This document shows positions 28,713 through 40,011 of a stretch of 64,000 bases of DNA, one piece after another. The notes beneath the pieces are model-generated. The model did no database searches. It had not been told where the DNA came from and was given only the letters and a program-made list of their open reading frames with translations. Numbering within the stretch: position 1 is the stretch's first letter; each line of letters starts with the position of its first letter. Source of the DNA: the human T2T-CHM13v2.0 reference genome, Homo sapiens. The position numbers were made by a program, and so were the translations under genes. The DNA lies in NCBI RefSeq assembly GCF_009914755.1, contig NC_060933.1; one strand, written 5' to 3'.

Positions 28713-30456
28713 GTGAGTCTCTCCTCCCTGCCAGCTCTCCAAACCCTTCCTGACCCGGCACCCCATCTGGCCGTCTTTCTGCACTCACCCTCCTTAACCC
28801 AGAAAGTTCTTCTGTCACCTGTCAGTGTTTGAGTTGACTCTGCTCTGAGCCAAGTCTGCACCCCGAGCTTGGGCATCATGGGGATCTCAGTTTGAGGACA
28901 AAATAGGAAAGACATGCTTTCCATGGTCCTTGACTGCCCGCCCCAAATCATGGGACCCAGTAATCCCAAGGAATGGAACTATACACAGAGGACGCACACA
29001 CCACACACACTCGTGCCGCTCCACACCCCACACGCGCATGAGCACAGACCCCACGACCCTCGGCCCTGTAAACAATGCCTAGTACCACGTCCCCAGAGCA
29101 CACATGCCCACTGATGTGGGCCAGGTGGTGGCGCGTGGCTGGGCACAGCATGAGGCCTGCACACCCATGGGATCCAGCCTGACCTACTGTGCTTGTACCC
29201 GTGGACCGACTGAGCAGGTGCAGACACCCTGCCCCTACCCATAGGTGTCGAACAAGCCCCACAGGGCTCAGCCAAAACTGTTAGGATGGGCTCTTGACTC
29301 CTTTCCGTCCAAATTTACCTCCACTCTTGTTTCACAGGGTGGAGAAAGGGGAAAAGTTTCCCTTCAAACTGGAGGGGACTTTAGGCCCTTCCACAAGCTG
29401 CAGGGGGTCCCCGAAGTGGGCGAGCCCACCGCCTACAATGGGTCCTGCTCCCGCCTTCCTTTCCACATGGGACTGGCCACCAGGGCTTCTTTGTGGATGA
29501 AACCCAACTCTCTCCACAGAAACACACAAAGGAGTGACAAAAAAGTTTTATTTCTGAAGTCAGGAGGTGCCTGCTTTATCTGGGAGTGCCGAGCTGGAGC
29601 GGGGGAGCTGTGTCTGTGTGGAGCGGCCGGCTCCAGCTCTGCACCTTGGTCTCACCATGGGCTGGTGGGGCGGAGAGTCCCTCTCTGCCTTTTTGGGTGT
29701 TGTGAATTCATGAGGGCAGATGGTGGCTGCTGTTTCTGGAGCTGAGCTTGCCCCCTCCAATTCCCAAGACTCGGCCAGGAGGCACTTGCCTGTGTCGCTA
29801 GTGAGGCTTAGGGCCACCCAGGTAGGGTGAGTGGAGCTGCCTGGGAAGGGCCCTGCTCTGACCCATGGGGCTGCACAGATTCCTGTGCACAAAGACACTC
29901 TGTGGCTCAGGTTCCAGCCAAGAAAGACCTGGGACAGCCCTGATTCTGAGCCGTCAGCCGTCTGGAGGAGCAGCTGAACCCCATCGCTGACAGTTTGGGG
30001 TTCTTCGCAAGCCTCTGCCATGAGGCACCCTGAGTGCAGGAGCATTTGCTCCTCTCTGGGGCAGCGTCCCCCCTGCCTGCATTTCCCGGCTGCTAGGGAA
30101 GCCAGAGGAAGCCAGGTGACTTTGCCTTTCCGTGCGCTGGCAAGGTTAATTTGCACAACAAATTCCTACGAAAGCAAATGTCAGCCTTATTATTCCTCCC
30201 TAAGCAATATGTTCAACTAATATCTTCTTGATTTCCAGCTGAAATATCACAGGCGAACTTTCTGCCTCTGTTTAAAATGAGTCTCTCGGCAAACCAGCGG
30301 TGTCCCCAGCGGGGTTGCATTGTGTGGCTTTTTTCTCTAGGGAAAGTTTTGCAGTATCTTTTGCAGATTTCTTTTTTCTCAAGGAAATGAAGAAAAGATG
30401 TTTTACCCTGAATGTAAGATTAAAAAGAAACACAACCCAAAGTCCTTAAGGCCAAG

Positions 30457-30800
30457 GGCCCGAGGCTTTCTTGGGGTTTCCATGGGAAAGGCCAGGCAGG
30501 GCAGGGAAGCAGCTTCGTTTGGACAATTCTGGTGGGCTCTGGGTGGCTGGGGTGGTCTCTAGTTGCCTGGTTCCTGGCCCTAGGGTGTTTTAGGGTTGGG
30601 GCAATATTGGCCTGGGGTGTGAGAGTCAGGTGGAGGAGGTAGCTAGGGATATGGGCTTGGTGTGGGTCGGAATGTTAGGAATATGATTCTCACACACGTG
30701 TGAATGTTGGAGGGCAGGACAGGTGTAAACAACTCTGACCATCTGTTTGAGCCTTCAATCAATTAATAGATGCCAAATAGACAAATATGGAATCTAAGAA
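30457..30800 (+). repeat. 344-bp direct duplication, copy 1 (DBH intron 1)
   Basis: Aligns ungapped to 32855-33198 with about 27 mismatches (manual count). Confidence 0.92.
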
Positions 30801-31112
30801 GGGCCCTTCTTGAGTACGAAGGGCAGCCTGCTTGTTGGGGAAGGCTCCTCGCTGTCTCTCAGTGGGTCTCCCTGGTGGTCTTCCATGTGACCTGGCCTCG
30901 GGCCACCGTGTCCCTGCCCCTTAGGGCCCAGTGCAAGGGGAGCGGCCGGAGACGGGGAGGGCAGAGGTCACTGATCCAGATCCCAGGAAGCATCCTCGGA
31001 GAATGCAGCAGGTCCAATGCCTCCCTGGGCCTCAGTTTACCTTCTCCAAGCAGGGCTGGGACTAAGGTGAGGGGAACAATGCCTAGGCTGCAGGGTTTAA
31101 AGTGGTGCTTCA

Positions 31113-31246
31113 GGCTGGGTGTGGTGGCTCATGCCTGTAATTCCAGCACTTTGGGAGGGCAAGGCAGGAGGACCGCTTGAGGCCAGGAGTTCAGGACCAG
31201 CCTAGGCAACATAGCGAGACCCTATCTCAAAAAAAAAAAAAAAAAA
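31113..31246 (+). mobile_element. Alu left monomer (FLAM-like)
   Basis: Single Alu arm ending in poly-A. Confidence 0.85.
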
Positions 31247-31846
31247 TCCAAAATTACATGTATTTATAAAGTAATAAAGCAGTGCTTGTTCTCAGGGTTG
31301 TGCCAGTGCAGGGTGGGCACCTGCTATCAATCACCACCTTAGATGTGGCACCCTGGTTTCTCTCTCCTTTCCTGTTCATGTCCCACCCTGTTCCCAACTC
31401 TCCCCTTTCTGAGGCTCCGCAACTCTCCTGCCTGCATGAATGTGGGCAGCATTGGTCTGAGGCATTGTTCCCAGTCTTGAGGAGGCCTTGGGAGCCTCAG
31501 GCATCTTCTTAAGAAGCTCAGTGTCCCGCCCGCCAGGCCCGGGAATGCCCATGGCTAACAGAACCTGTGACCTGCTGGCAAGTGACAGCCCTGGTTCCTG
31601 GCTGCAGAGGAGGAACCAACTCCACTGTCGGGGCTCATCTCCACTGTCTCCAGGCAGAAATGGAGATAGAAGGTGTGAGTGAAGCCACAGCCCCAGGCAG
31701 AACCCTCAGATCCACAGGGACTGAGGCCCAGCATCCCCAGATCAGCTGGCAATGAATGCGGAGCTCTGCCGGGGAATGCCCTCTTCCCCTGTGGATTGGC
31801 CCGGCTTGGCTCCTTCATGCCTGGAGCCCAGTGCTTGTCTCTGCAG

Positions 31847-31993
31847 GACGCCTGGAGTGACCAGAAGGGGCAGATCCACCTGGATCCCCAGCAGGACTAC
31901 CAGCTGCTGCAGGTGCAGAGGACCCCAGAAGGCCTGACCCTGCTTTTCAAGAGGCCCTTTGGCACCTGCGACCCCAAGGATTACCTCATTGAG
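31847..31993 (+). CDS. DBH: DBH exon 2
   Basis: CTGCAG|GAC, DAWSDQKGQIHLD...KDYLIE, GAG|GTAAGG; 147 nt. Confidence 0.98.
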
Positions 31994-32854
31994 GTAAGGG
32001 GTGGCCGCGAGTACCCAGGAGGGCGTGGGCTGCGTGTATCATGCTGCCATCCTGTGCCAATGTCATAGTACCTTTCCTGTCCCTGATAAGTCTGGGGCCT
32101 GGGCCTGGCCAGCTATGACGGAGAGAAAGCCAAGGAGGATGGCCAGAGGCAGTGGTGGGGCCAAAGCACTTAGGATGGTCCAGCTCTGCTATTGCCCCTG
32201 AGCCCTCAAAGACGCAGCTCTTTGCCAACACGTAGCTGACATGGTTTCTAGATGCGGGGCTTGTGCTGAAGCCTCTCCCATTGGACTAGACCTTGCTTCT
32301 GGATGTCTCTCTCCTCCTGGTCCTGTTAACCATCAGGTGGGATTCTGGAGCCCAGGCGACCTGGCTTTCCATCCCGGCCCTGTTGCCAGCTCGCTGTGAG
32401 GCTCAGGACAACTGCCCCCCCTCCTCTGGACCTCACTTTGCCCATCTGTAAAATGGAGATGGGAACTAGATGATCTGTATGGCCTGACCAACTCTGGGAG
32501 TTCATGGGAGCCATAAAACATTGCAAAAGCCATAGGCTTCTTATGCTGCTCTAAGAGCCCCCCAACCTCTTAGGGAAAGCAACCCACCTTGCCCTTGAAG
32601 ACAAAACTCTTTTAACTCTAGCACACCTGACAGCTTTTGTCTTGTGTAAGTAATCCTTTGGTGTGGCAGTGGCCTGGGCTGGCCGTTAGTGCCAGGTCTT
32701 AATCATGGGTGTAGCTGAGTGACCACACGGGAGGCCAGTGCCATCGAAAGATTGATTGCATTTCCGGAGAGAAGGGGCACCTGTGCCGTGCAGGGCCACC
32801 TGCAGAGCCCTGGGTTTGGTCAGGAGGCAGATGCAGGAGCTAGGGGAGAGCCCA

Positions 32855-33198
32855 GGCCTGAGGCTTTCTTGGGGTTTCCATGGGAAAGGCCAGGCAGGGC
32901 AGGGAAGTTGCTTCATTTGGACAATTCTGGTGGGCTCTGGGTGGCCGGGGTGGTCTCTAGTTGCCTGGTTCCTGGCCCTAGGGTGATTTAGGGCTGAGGC
33001 AATATTGGCCTGGTGTGTGACAGTCAGGTGGAGGAGGTGGCTAAGGATATGGGCTTGGGACGGGTTGGAGGGTTGGGAATATGATTCTCACACAAGCGTG
33101 AATGTTGGAGGGAAGGGCAGGTGTAAACAACTCTGGCCATCTGTTTGAGCCTGCAATCCATTAATAGATGCCAAATAGACAAATACGGAATCTAAGAA
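32855..33198 (+). repeat. 344-bp direct duplication, copy 2 (DBH intron 2)
   Basis: Aligns ungapped to 30457-30800. Confidence 0.92.
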
Positions 33199-34208
33199 AA
33201 CAGAACAGCTGGCTGTTTGCCAGATGAGGAAACTAAGGCCCGGAGACGGGGAGTGGATGTACCCAGGGGTTCGGGGTGTGCTGGGGCAGACCTGGTGCCA
33301 GAAGAGGTGTTCTTCCAGGAGGTTGTTGAGCCCTTACCCTGCTTCCCAGTGGACGAGGCAAGGGTGAGCAGAGAACCCTCTGGAAGCACCTCACAGGGGG
33401 AGGCCAATGCCTGTGTGTGCTCAGCCCAGTGGCCCCAGGCCAGGTATAGGGGCCTTTGCCTGGAGTTCTGGGCGTCCCCTGCACAGGGCGGCCCATCGGC
33501 TTTCCGCAAACTCAAAGAGCAAATTAGCCACCCACACGGGTCTGCACTGTGGAGTGCCCAGAAAGCTATGAAAGGCACTTTCCACACCCGATCCCCGTTT
33601 CCATTCATGACAGCATGTGAGGAAGCCAGCCCCACAGCTTGCCTCCTGAGTCTGCCTGTGGCCTCCAGCACCGCGTAGATCCATGGAGCTTTCTGTGGCT
33701 GCTTGGTCCCCTCCTGCCAAGCTGGTGGTGACTACATAATATAGCGTGGCTCCGCAGCTCAGCGTGACCATCAGCAAGCCCCAGGGTGTTTCCTTCCCTT
33801 CATAGAGGGCACTGAATCCTCAGGCTGGGCTGCTGAACTGACCAATGATCCCCCACACCCAGTCCCCAGTGACCTTGGGGTTGGTGGAGGGAACAAATGT
33901 TCCGGCCACACTGGCTCACGGCGGGCCCAGTAGTCACTGGTTGAATGGATGTTAAGTGAATGTAGGTGGAATGTGTTTAGAAGAGAAAAGTATTTGATGG
34001 CCGGTGCAAATAGGGGATCCTGGGGGTCGTCAGCCCGGGATTTGGCCCCAGCCAGGGCCATGCAAGCCTCAAGGGTCCCTTATTCACAGAGATGAGAGTG
34101 AGGTGTGTCACCTGGTAGGTGTGGGTGGGCAGGGATGTGGCATCCTCTCAGGAGCCCAACTCTGGGGGCTCTGAGAGGGCAACCAGCTGAACCCTGTCTC
34201 GGCTGCAG

Positions 34209-34466
34209 GACGGCACTGTCCACTTGGTCTACGGGATCCTGGAGGAGCCGTTCCGGTCACTGGAGGCCATCAACGGCTCGGGCCTGCAGATGGGGCTGCA
34301 GAGGGTGCAGCTCCTGAAGCCCAATATCCCCGAACCGGAGTTGCCCTCAGACACGTGCACCATGGAGGTCCAAGCTCCCAATATCCAGATCCCCAGCCAG
34401 GAGACCACGTACTGGTGCTACATTAAGGAGCTTCCAAAGGGCTTCTCTCGGCACCACATTATCAAG
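34209..34466 (+). CDS. DBH: DBH exon 3
   Basis: DGTVHLVYGILEE...HHIIK; AG/GT boundaries; 258 nt. Confidence 0.98.
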
Positions 34467-35424
34467 GTACGTGCGGGTCCAGGGCCGAGGTCCTCGCCCA
34501 GCCCTGCCTTCCTCCCGGGCCTGGGTTGTCCCTGACCCTGGAGAGCTGTCCACAGTCCTGGTTGGACCAGGTGTCCTCTTATCACTGGAACCTCAGGCAC
34601 CTGCCTGAGCAGGGGAGCAGCGAGTGGTCTTGGCTTCCCCATCACTCTGCTCACTCCCCTACCCTCAAAGGGCCTTGGAGCTCCCACTTCCCTGCCTGGA
34701 CCAAAGTGACCAACATCTTGACTTCTGCATCTTTCCTTGGGACTGGAACTGCTGTCTGTCTGCCAGGCCACCTCCCCCTTCATGAAAAAGCAGCTCGAGT
34801 CAGAACTCACTTGCTCTCGAACACCCGTCCGGGGAAGACAGAATAGCAAAGGCGATAGCTGTCGAGTGTCCACTATGCCACTAGTCCCGGGGGAGGGGCG
34901 AGGTGATCCCTCCTTCATCATAAGAGCCCCTAGTTTCCAGCAGAGGAAGTGTGGCCCAGGGAGGTTGAGTGTCCAGGGTCACATAGCAAGAAGGGGCATG
35001 TCCTTGAAGGTGCACTCAGAGAGGTTATGTGAGTGTCCAGAGTCACACAGCAGGAAGAGGCATGGCCTTGAAGGTGCGCTTTGGGCCCGGGCTCTAACCT
35101 CAGGGCTGCCCTGCCTCCCACTGGGGCTGCAGGAGCTGGCCCGGCCACAGCCCCATATGCATGAGGACGGCTGCGTCCTGTCCCTGCCTTGGCAGGAAAT
35201 GGCCTGTACGAACCTCATTTCCTTCACTCTGGAGCTGCCTACGGGATTTCTTTCTGGGCTGATGGCTCCACCCTCAAGGCTGTGAACCCCAGAAGTGCCC
35301 CTGAAATTGTCTGGATCATCCCTCCCATTTTACAGATGGGCATTCGGAAGCCCATGGAGGAGGGCTGCTGGGGAGGGGAGGGTGGGCGGCCGGTTCCCGG
35401 GCTCAGAGGGCTGCCTCCTCACAG

Positions 35425-35601
35425 TACGAGCCCATCGTCACCAAGGGCAATGAGGCCCTTGTCCACCACATGGAAGTCTTCCAGTGCGCCCCCGAGATGG
35501 ACAGCGTCCCCCACTTCAGCGGGCCCTGCGACTCCAAGATGAAACCCGACCGCCTCAACTACTGCCGCCACGTGCTGGCCGCCTGGGCCCTGGGTGCCAA
35601 G
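35425..35601 (+). CDS. DBH: DBH exon 4 (CuH ligands H262/H263)
   Basis: YEPIVTKGNEALVHHMEVFQC...WALGAK; 177 nt. Confidence 0.98.
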
Positions 35602-36229
35602 GTGCGTGCCCTGCGACCCCAGCATGGTGTCTCCTGCCTGGGCCCCTGGCATCCCCACACCTCTGTTTCCCCAGCTTCACCGTCTCAGAGGCTTCAAGAA
35701 GGGGCTCCCAAGGGGGCTCACGAGGCCACCAGAAGGGCCAGGCCTGAGGTGGCCCCCTCGCCTCTGTGATGTCTGAAATGCTTCAAGCCTTTTTTTTATT
35801 TTCCACAGAAACGCAAGTGCCCCAGGACCTTATGCCCTCAGTGGGTCCTGATTCTGTTTCCCAACTGGAGTCAGGGTTTTGTGTACAGGTGGTCCCAGGG
35901 CTGGCTGGCGGTGGGGCCAGTGTTGAGGCCTCCACAGGCTGAGACGATGGGGGTCTCCCCAGCTCTTACACCTGTCTAGAGAAGGGGTTTTGGGGGAAGG
36001 CTCAGCCCTAGGCACCAGCTCCTCTCCCCAACTCCCTGACCCGAGTCTCACAGGATGTTCCTGGGGCGTGTAATGAGCTGCCTGTCAGGAGGAAGCATCG
36101 CTCTAATCCTGCTGCGCCCCCTCCACCACCCCTGAGGCTCAGGCCCCAACAGTTGACTGGGTTTGCCCCTGCCCAGACCTGGGGCCCTCTCAGGACACAC
36201 CTGTCTGTCTGACACCTTGCCCCACACAG

Positions 36230-36332
36230 GCATTTTACTACCCAGAGGAAGCCGGCCTTGCCTTCGGGGGTCCAGGGTCCTCCAGATATCTCCGCCTGGA
36301 AGTTCACTACCACAACCCACTGGTGATAGAAG
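36230..36332 (+). CDS. DBH: DBH exon 5 (CuH ligand H333)
   Basis: AFYYPEEAGLAFGGPGSSRYLRLEVHYHNPLVIE; 103 nt. Confidence 0.98.
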
Positions 36333-36937
36333 GTAGGCGGCTCTGCTGCCATCCTCCTCAGAAGCCCTAGGACTCAGCTGTGTTGAGCCAGTGAGCAAAT
36401 CCCGCCCTTCGTCTGCCCAGCATGGTGCCCCCGCTGTACAGCTCCTCTTGGCACGAGGCCCTTGCGTCTGCCTCATCCGCTGTCCATCTTCCATGGCTGT
36501 GGTGGGCTCCCAGGGACAGGACCCCGAGGGGCTCACTCCTCACAGCTTCGCCAGGGCCCAGCAGTGGCCCCACACCTCCCTCCTCGTCCCTATAATACGG
36601 GCTGCCATCGGCGCAGCACTGTGCATCCCAGGGGAAAGGACAAGGAGAATTTTCATAAGGGAAGCTGCCAGATGCCAAGTTCCAAATACAGGGAGAGGTG
36701 TGTGCATAAACAGGGAGGTGGTAGTAAAGCAGGGCATATTCCAGGACACAGGCGCTCCGGCCTGGCCGGAGTGCAGGGACGGGAAGGGGAGCTGGGGCAG
36801 CTGCTGTTGGATCACCCATACCTGAGGGTGGAGTGAGCAGGGTCAGCTTTTAGCATGGCAAGGCCAGGTGATGCTGTCTCAGAAACTGAAAAAAATACTT
36901 CCCTCTCTCTGTTGCACCAGCATCTTTCACCATATAT

Positions 36938-37025
36938 AGACACACACAAACACAATGCACACACACACGCACACATGCACACACATGTACACATATGCAC
37001 GCAGAAGCACACACATGCACACACT
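36938..37025 (+). repeat. Degenerate (CA)n tract in DBH intron 5
   Basis: CA/CATG-rich run. Confidence 0.8.
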
Positions 37026-38529
37026 TTTTCTCTCTCTCTGAATGGTGCTTCTTCTTTTCATTTGTGCAAGGTGCAGAAGTGGCCTAAGAGATAGGTGCTA
37101 GGCTGTGCCTCACCACCTTGGGGACGCTGGGTGGATGACCTCACCCGCTGCCTGTTCTCCCACCTCCCACAGCTATTGTGAAGCTGGGAAAGGCTCACGC
37201 ACAGAACTTGCTGTGGGCACGGGGCTGTGCTCAGCTAACAGTCGCCTGTGGTTTTTTTTTTTTCCTGGCTGCATAAGTAATACCTTCCGCCACTGTTGGA
37301 GTTATCTCCACATGCACAGAGAAGGGTATAAGTCAGCTTGGGCCTTAGCATGACACGGGATTTATTGCTCATTTAAACCCTGAAAGCAAATGGATTTTTG
37401 AAAACTCCTGAAGCATCAGGGAAGTCTGTCTCTTCATGATTATCTGGTTGTATTTATGGATCCTTTGCCAAATATAAGGACGCTCCTGTCACTTCACCCA
37501 TCTTGAGATGGGCTGCTTTTCTATAAATATCAAAATCCCACAATTATTTCATGATTTAATCCCCATCTGAATTTTAACCAATTGCAACACCCTTTTTATT
37601 ATTATCCTCTGATGTAATCAGCCTGGAGATACAGGAGCCGTTTGAGTTTGGATGGTGTAGGGGTGTCGAGGGAAGAAGGCAGAGGCAAGAGGAGTTGTTT
37701 TGGCCTCATCTTAAAGGAAACAAGTAGGGAGATGGTTGGGCCCCCTGGAAGTGCCCTGCACCCCAGTCCACAGCCCTGGGTTTGAACCTCAGCTTGGCCA
37801 CTTCCCAGCCCTGTGGTCTTGTGTGGAGTCTTCAGTTCAGGCTCCATCCTCAGTTTCTTAATCTGTGAAATAGGGCTGATGATTCTCACTGTGCAAAACT
37901 TCCACGAAAGGGGTAGGTTATGCTTAGAGCATTTTTGGCACCCAGGGAAGATGTTAGTATCTGTACCACCCTCTTGGTTTGATCAGAAAGGGCAATGCAT
38001 GTACACTGGTGAGAAGATGGACAGCAGAAAAGCATGAAGAAGATGAAACCACCCCCCAGCTCCCGGCTCCAAGTTTTGAAGTGAGCACTGGTCACCCAGC
38101 TATGTGTCTGTCCTGACTGCTTTTCTGGCCCATTAATTTTTTTCTTGTGACTAGAATTTTATATCTTTTTTTTTCATTGTTGTTTGTTTTTTTACTTAAA
38201 CTTCATCAGAAGCCTCTTCCCTGTGAATTAAAACCCCTTGTCAATTTCACACTCCTTGCCGCCTGACATCGCTTTCCTGTACATAACCCAGGGGGCAGAG
38301 CCTCCTGCTGCACAGCCCCTCCAGACCACCCCGCCATGTCCACCATGTCCACCATGCATCCGGGGGCATGGGGCCAGGCCTTTAGATCCTCCACCAACCA
38401 TGAGCCCAGCCGGTACTCAGAGCCTGGCTGCTGATTCACTAGGCATGGAGTTTCAGGAACGGTGGGGCTACCTGGATGACACCTGGTTGTGAGGATGTTC
38501 GAGTGGGTGCCAGCATCCCTGAACCTCTG

Positions 38530-38824
38530 TTTTTTTGTTTTGAGACGAAATCTCACTCTGTCACCCAGGCTGGAGTGCAATGCACGATCTCAGCTTAATG
38601 CAACCTCCGCCTCCCAGGTTCAAGCGATTCTCCTGCCTCAGCCTCCTGAGTAGCTGGGATTATAGGTGCGTGCCACCACACCTGGCTAATTTTTGTATTT
38701 TTAGTAGAGACAGGGTTTCGCCATGTTGGTCAGGCTGGTCTCGAACTCCCAACCTCAGGTGATCCACACACCTCGGCCTCCCAAAGTGCTGGGATTACAA
38801 GGCGTGAGCCACCGTGCCCGGCCC
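38530..38824 (-). mobile_element. AluS element
   Basis: Antisense Alu; TSD-like CCTG(A/G)ACCTCTG. Confidence 0.93.
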
Positions 38825-39844
38825 CCTGGACCTCTGACCATCAGTTTCATGTGACCACTGGGAGGCTGGCCCAGGGAGCTTCAGGGACTCTCCAATTAGC
38901 AAACGGCAAGGAGAACTAACAGGTGTGGCCACACCATAATCAGGAGAGACAGTCTCCGTGACTCGAAGAAGCACCATGTTATTCCTTTGGAAGAGGCCCT
39001 TGAGTGTGGGCTGAGGCTCATAAAGGGACAGCAAGTCATCTGAGAGCACACAGCACGCTGTTGACCAAGCAGGACCTGGCCTGTGCATGAACGGGGGCTA
39101 GACCTGCAACGCTGGCCCTCCTCCTGGGGGGCCACATTCTCACTCAAATTGCTCCTGAGATGTCAGCTTGGTAGGTGGGTTCCTTGGGTCTGCAGGACAT
39201 AAATCAAAGTAGTAAAAGTGGGGGCTGCTGGGAGGATGTGCTCCTTGAATGCTTCTTGTTAACCTCAACACAGAGATACACTCACACTTGCCCAGCTTTG
39301 ACGCAGGGCCAGGGCTCTTCTGTGCCATCGGCAGATGGGAGTTCCATGCCCTCTTCTTTGCCCAGACCACACCCTGCAGGTTGTCACCGTCCTGCAGGCT
39401 GATTTCCAGCTTAGGTTCCTTTGAACGTGGAAGAAGAACATCAAAGCACTTATGAAACAATCTGAGCACAGAACTCAAGTTGTTTACGAGTTTCCGTCTA
39501 TCAGCAGCATCTCACCCGCACCTGATTCCATGGAGGCTTTAAGTGGCTCACGTTGATCACATCTTTCCATAGCATTCAACTAGTTTTCATAGAAACAGCA
39601 GCTCTTTCTTCCCAGTGAGTGTAGCCTGTTTGCGTTAATTGATCTTGCGAGCTGCCTGGCATCCACAGGTGTGGAAACAAAGACAGCCAGCTCTTGGTCT
39701 GCCTAGCAGGTGGGAGCAGATGGGGGGTGACCGGCCCTGCCTCCTGGCTGAGGGTGGCTGGGGTCATAGGGATAATCTGTCCGCAGGGGGAAGTGAGAGG
39801 GCCTCCACTTACCGCTCACCTCCATCCATCCCACCTTCTCCCAG

Positions 39845-40011
39845 GACGAAACGACTCCTCAGGCATCCGCTTGTACTACACAGCCAAGCTGCGGCGCTTC
39901 AACGCGGGGATCATGGAGCTGGGACTGGTGTACACGCCAGTGATGGCCATTCCACCACGGGAGACCGCCTTCATCCTCACTGGCTACTGCACGGACAAGT
40001 GCACCCAGCTG
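39845..40011 (+). CDS. DBH: DBH exon 6
   Basis: RNDSSGIRLYY...CTDKCTQL; 167 nt. Confidence 0.98.
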
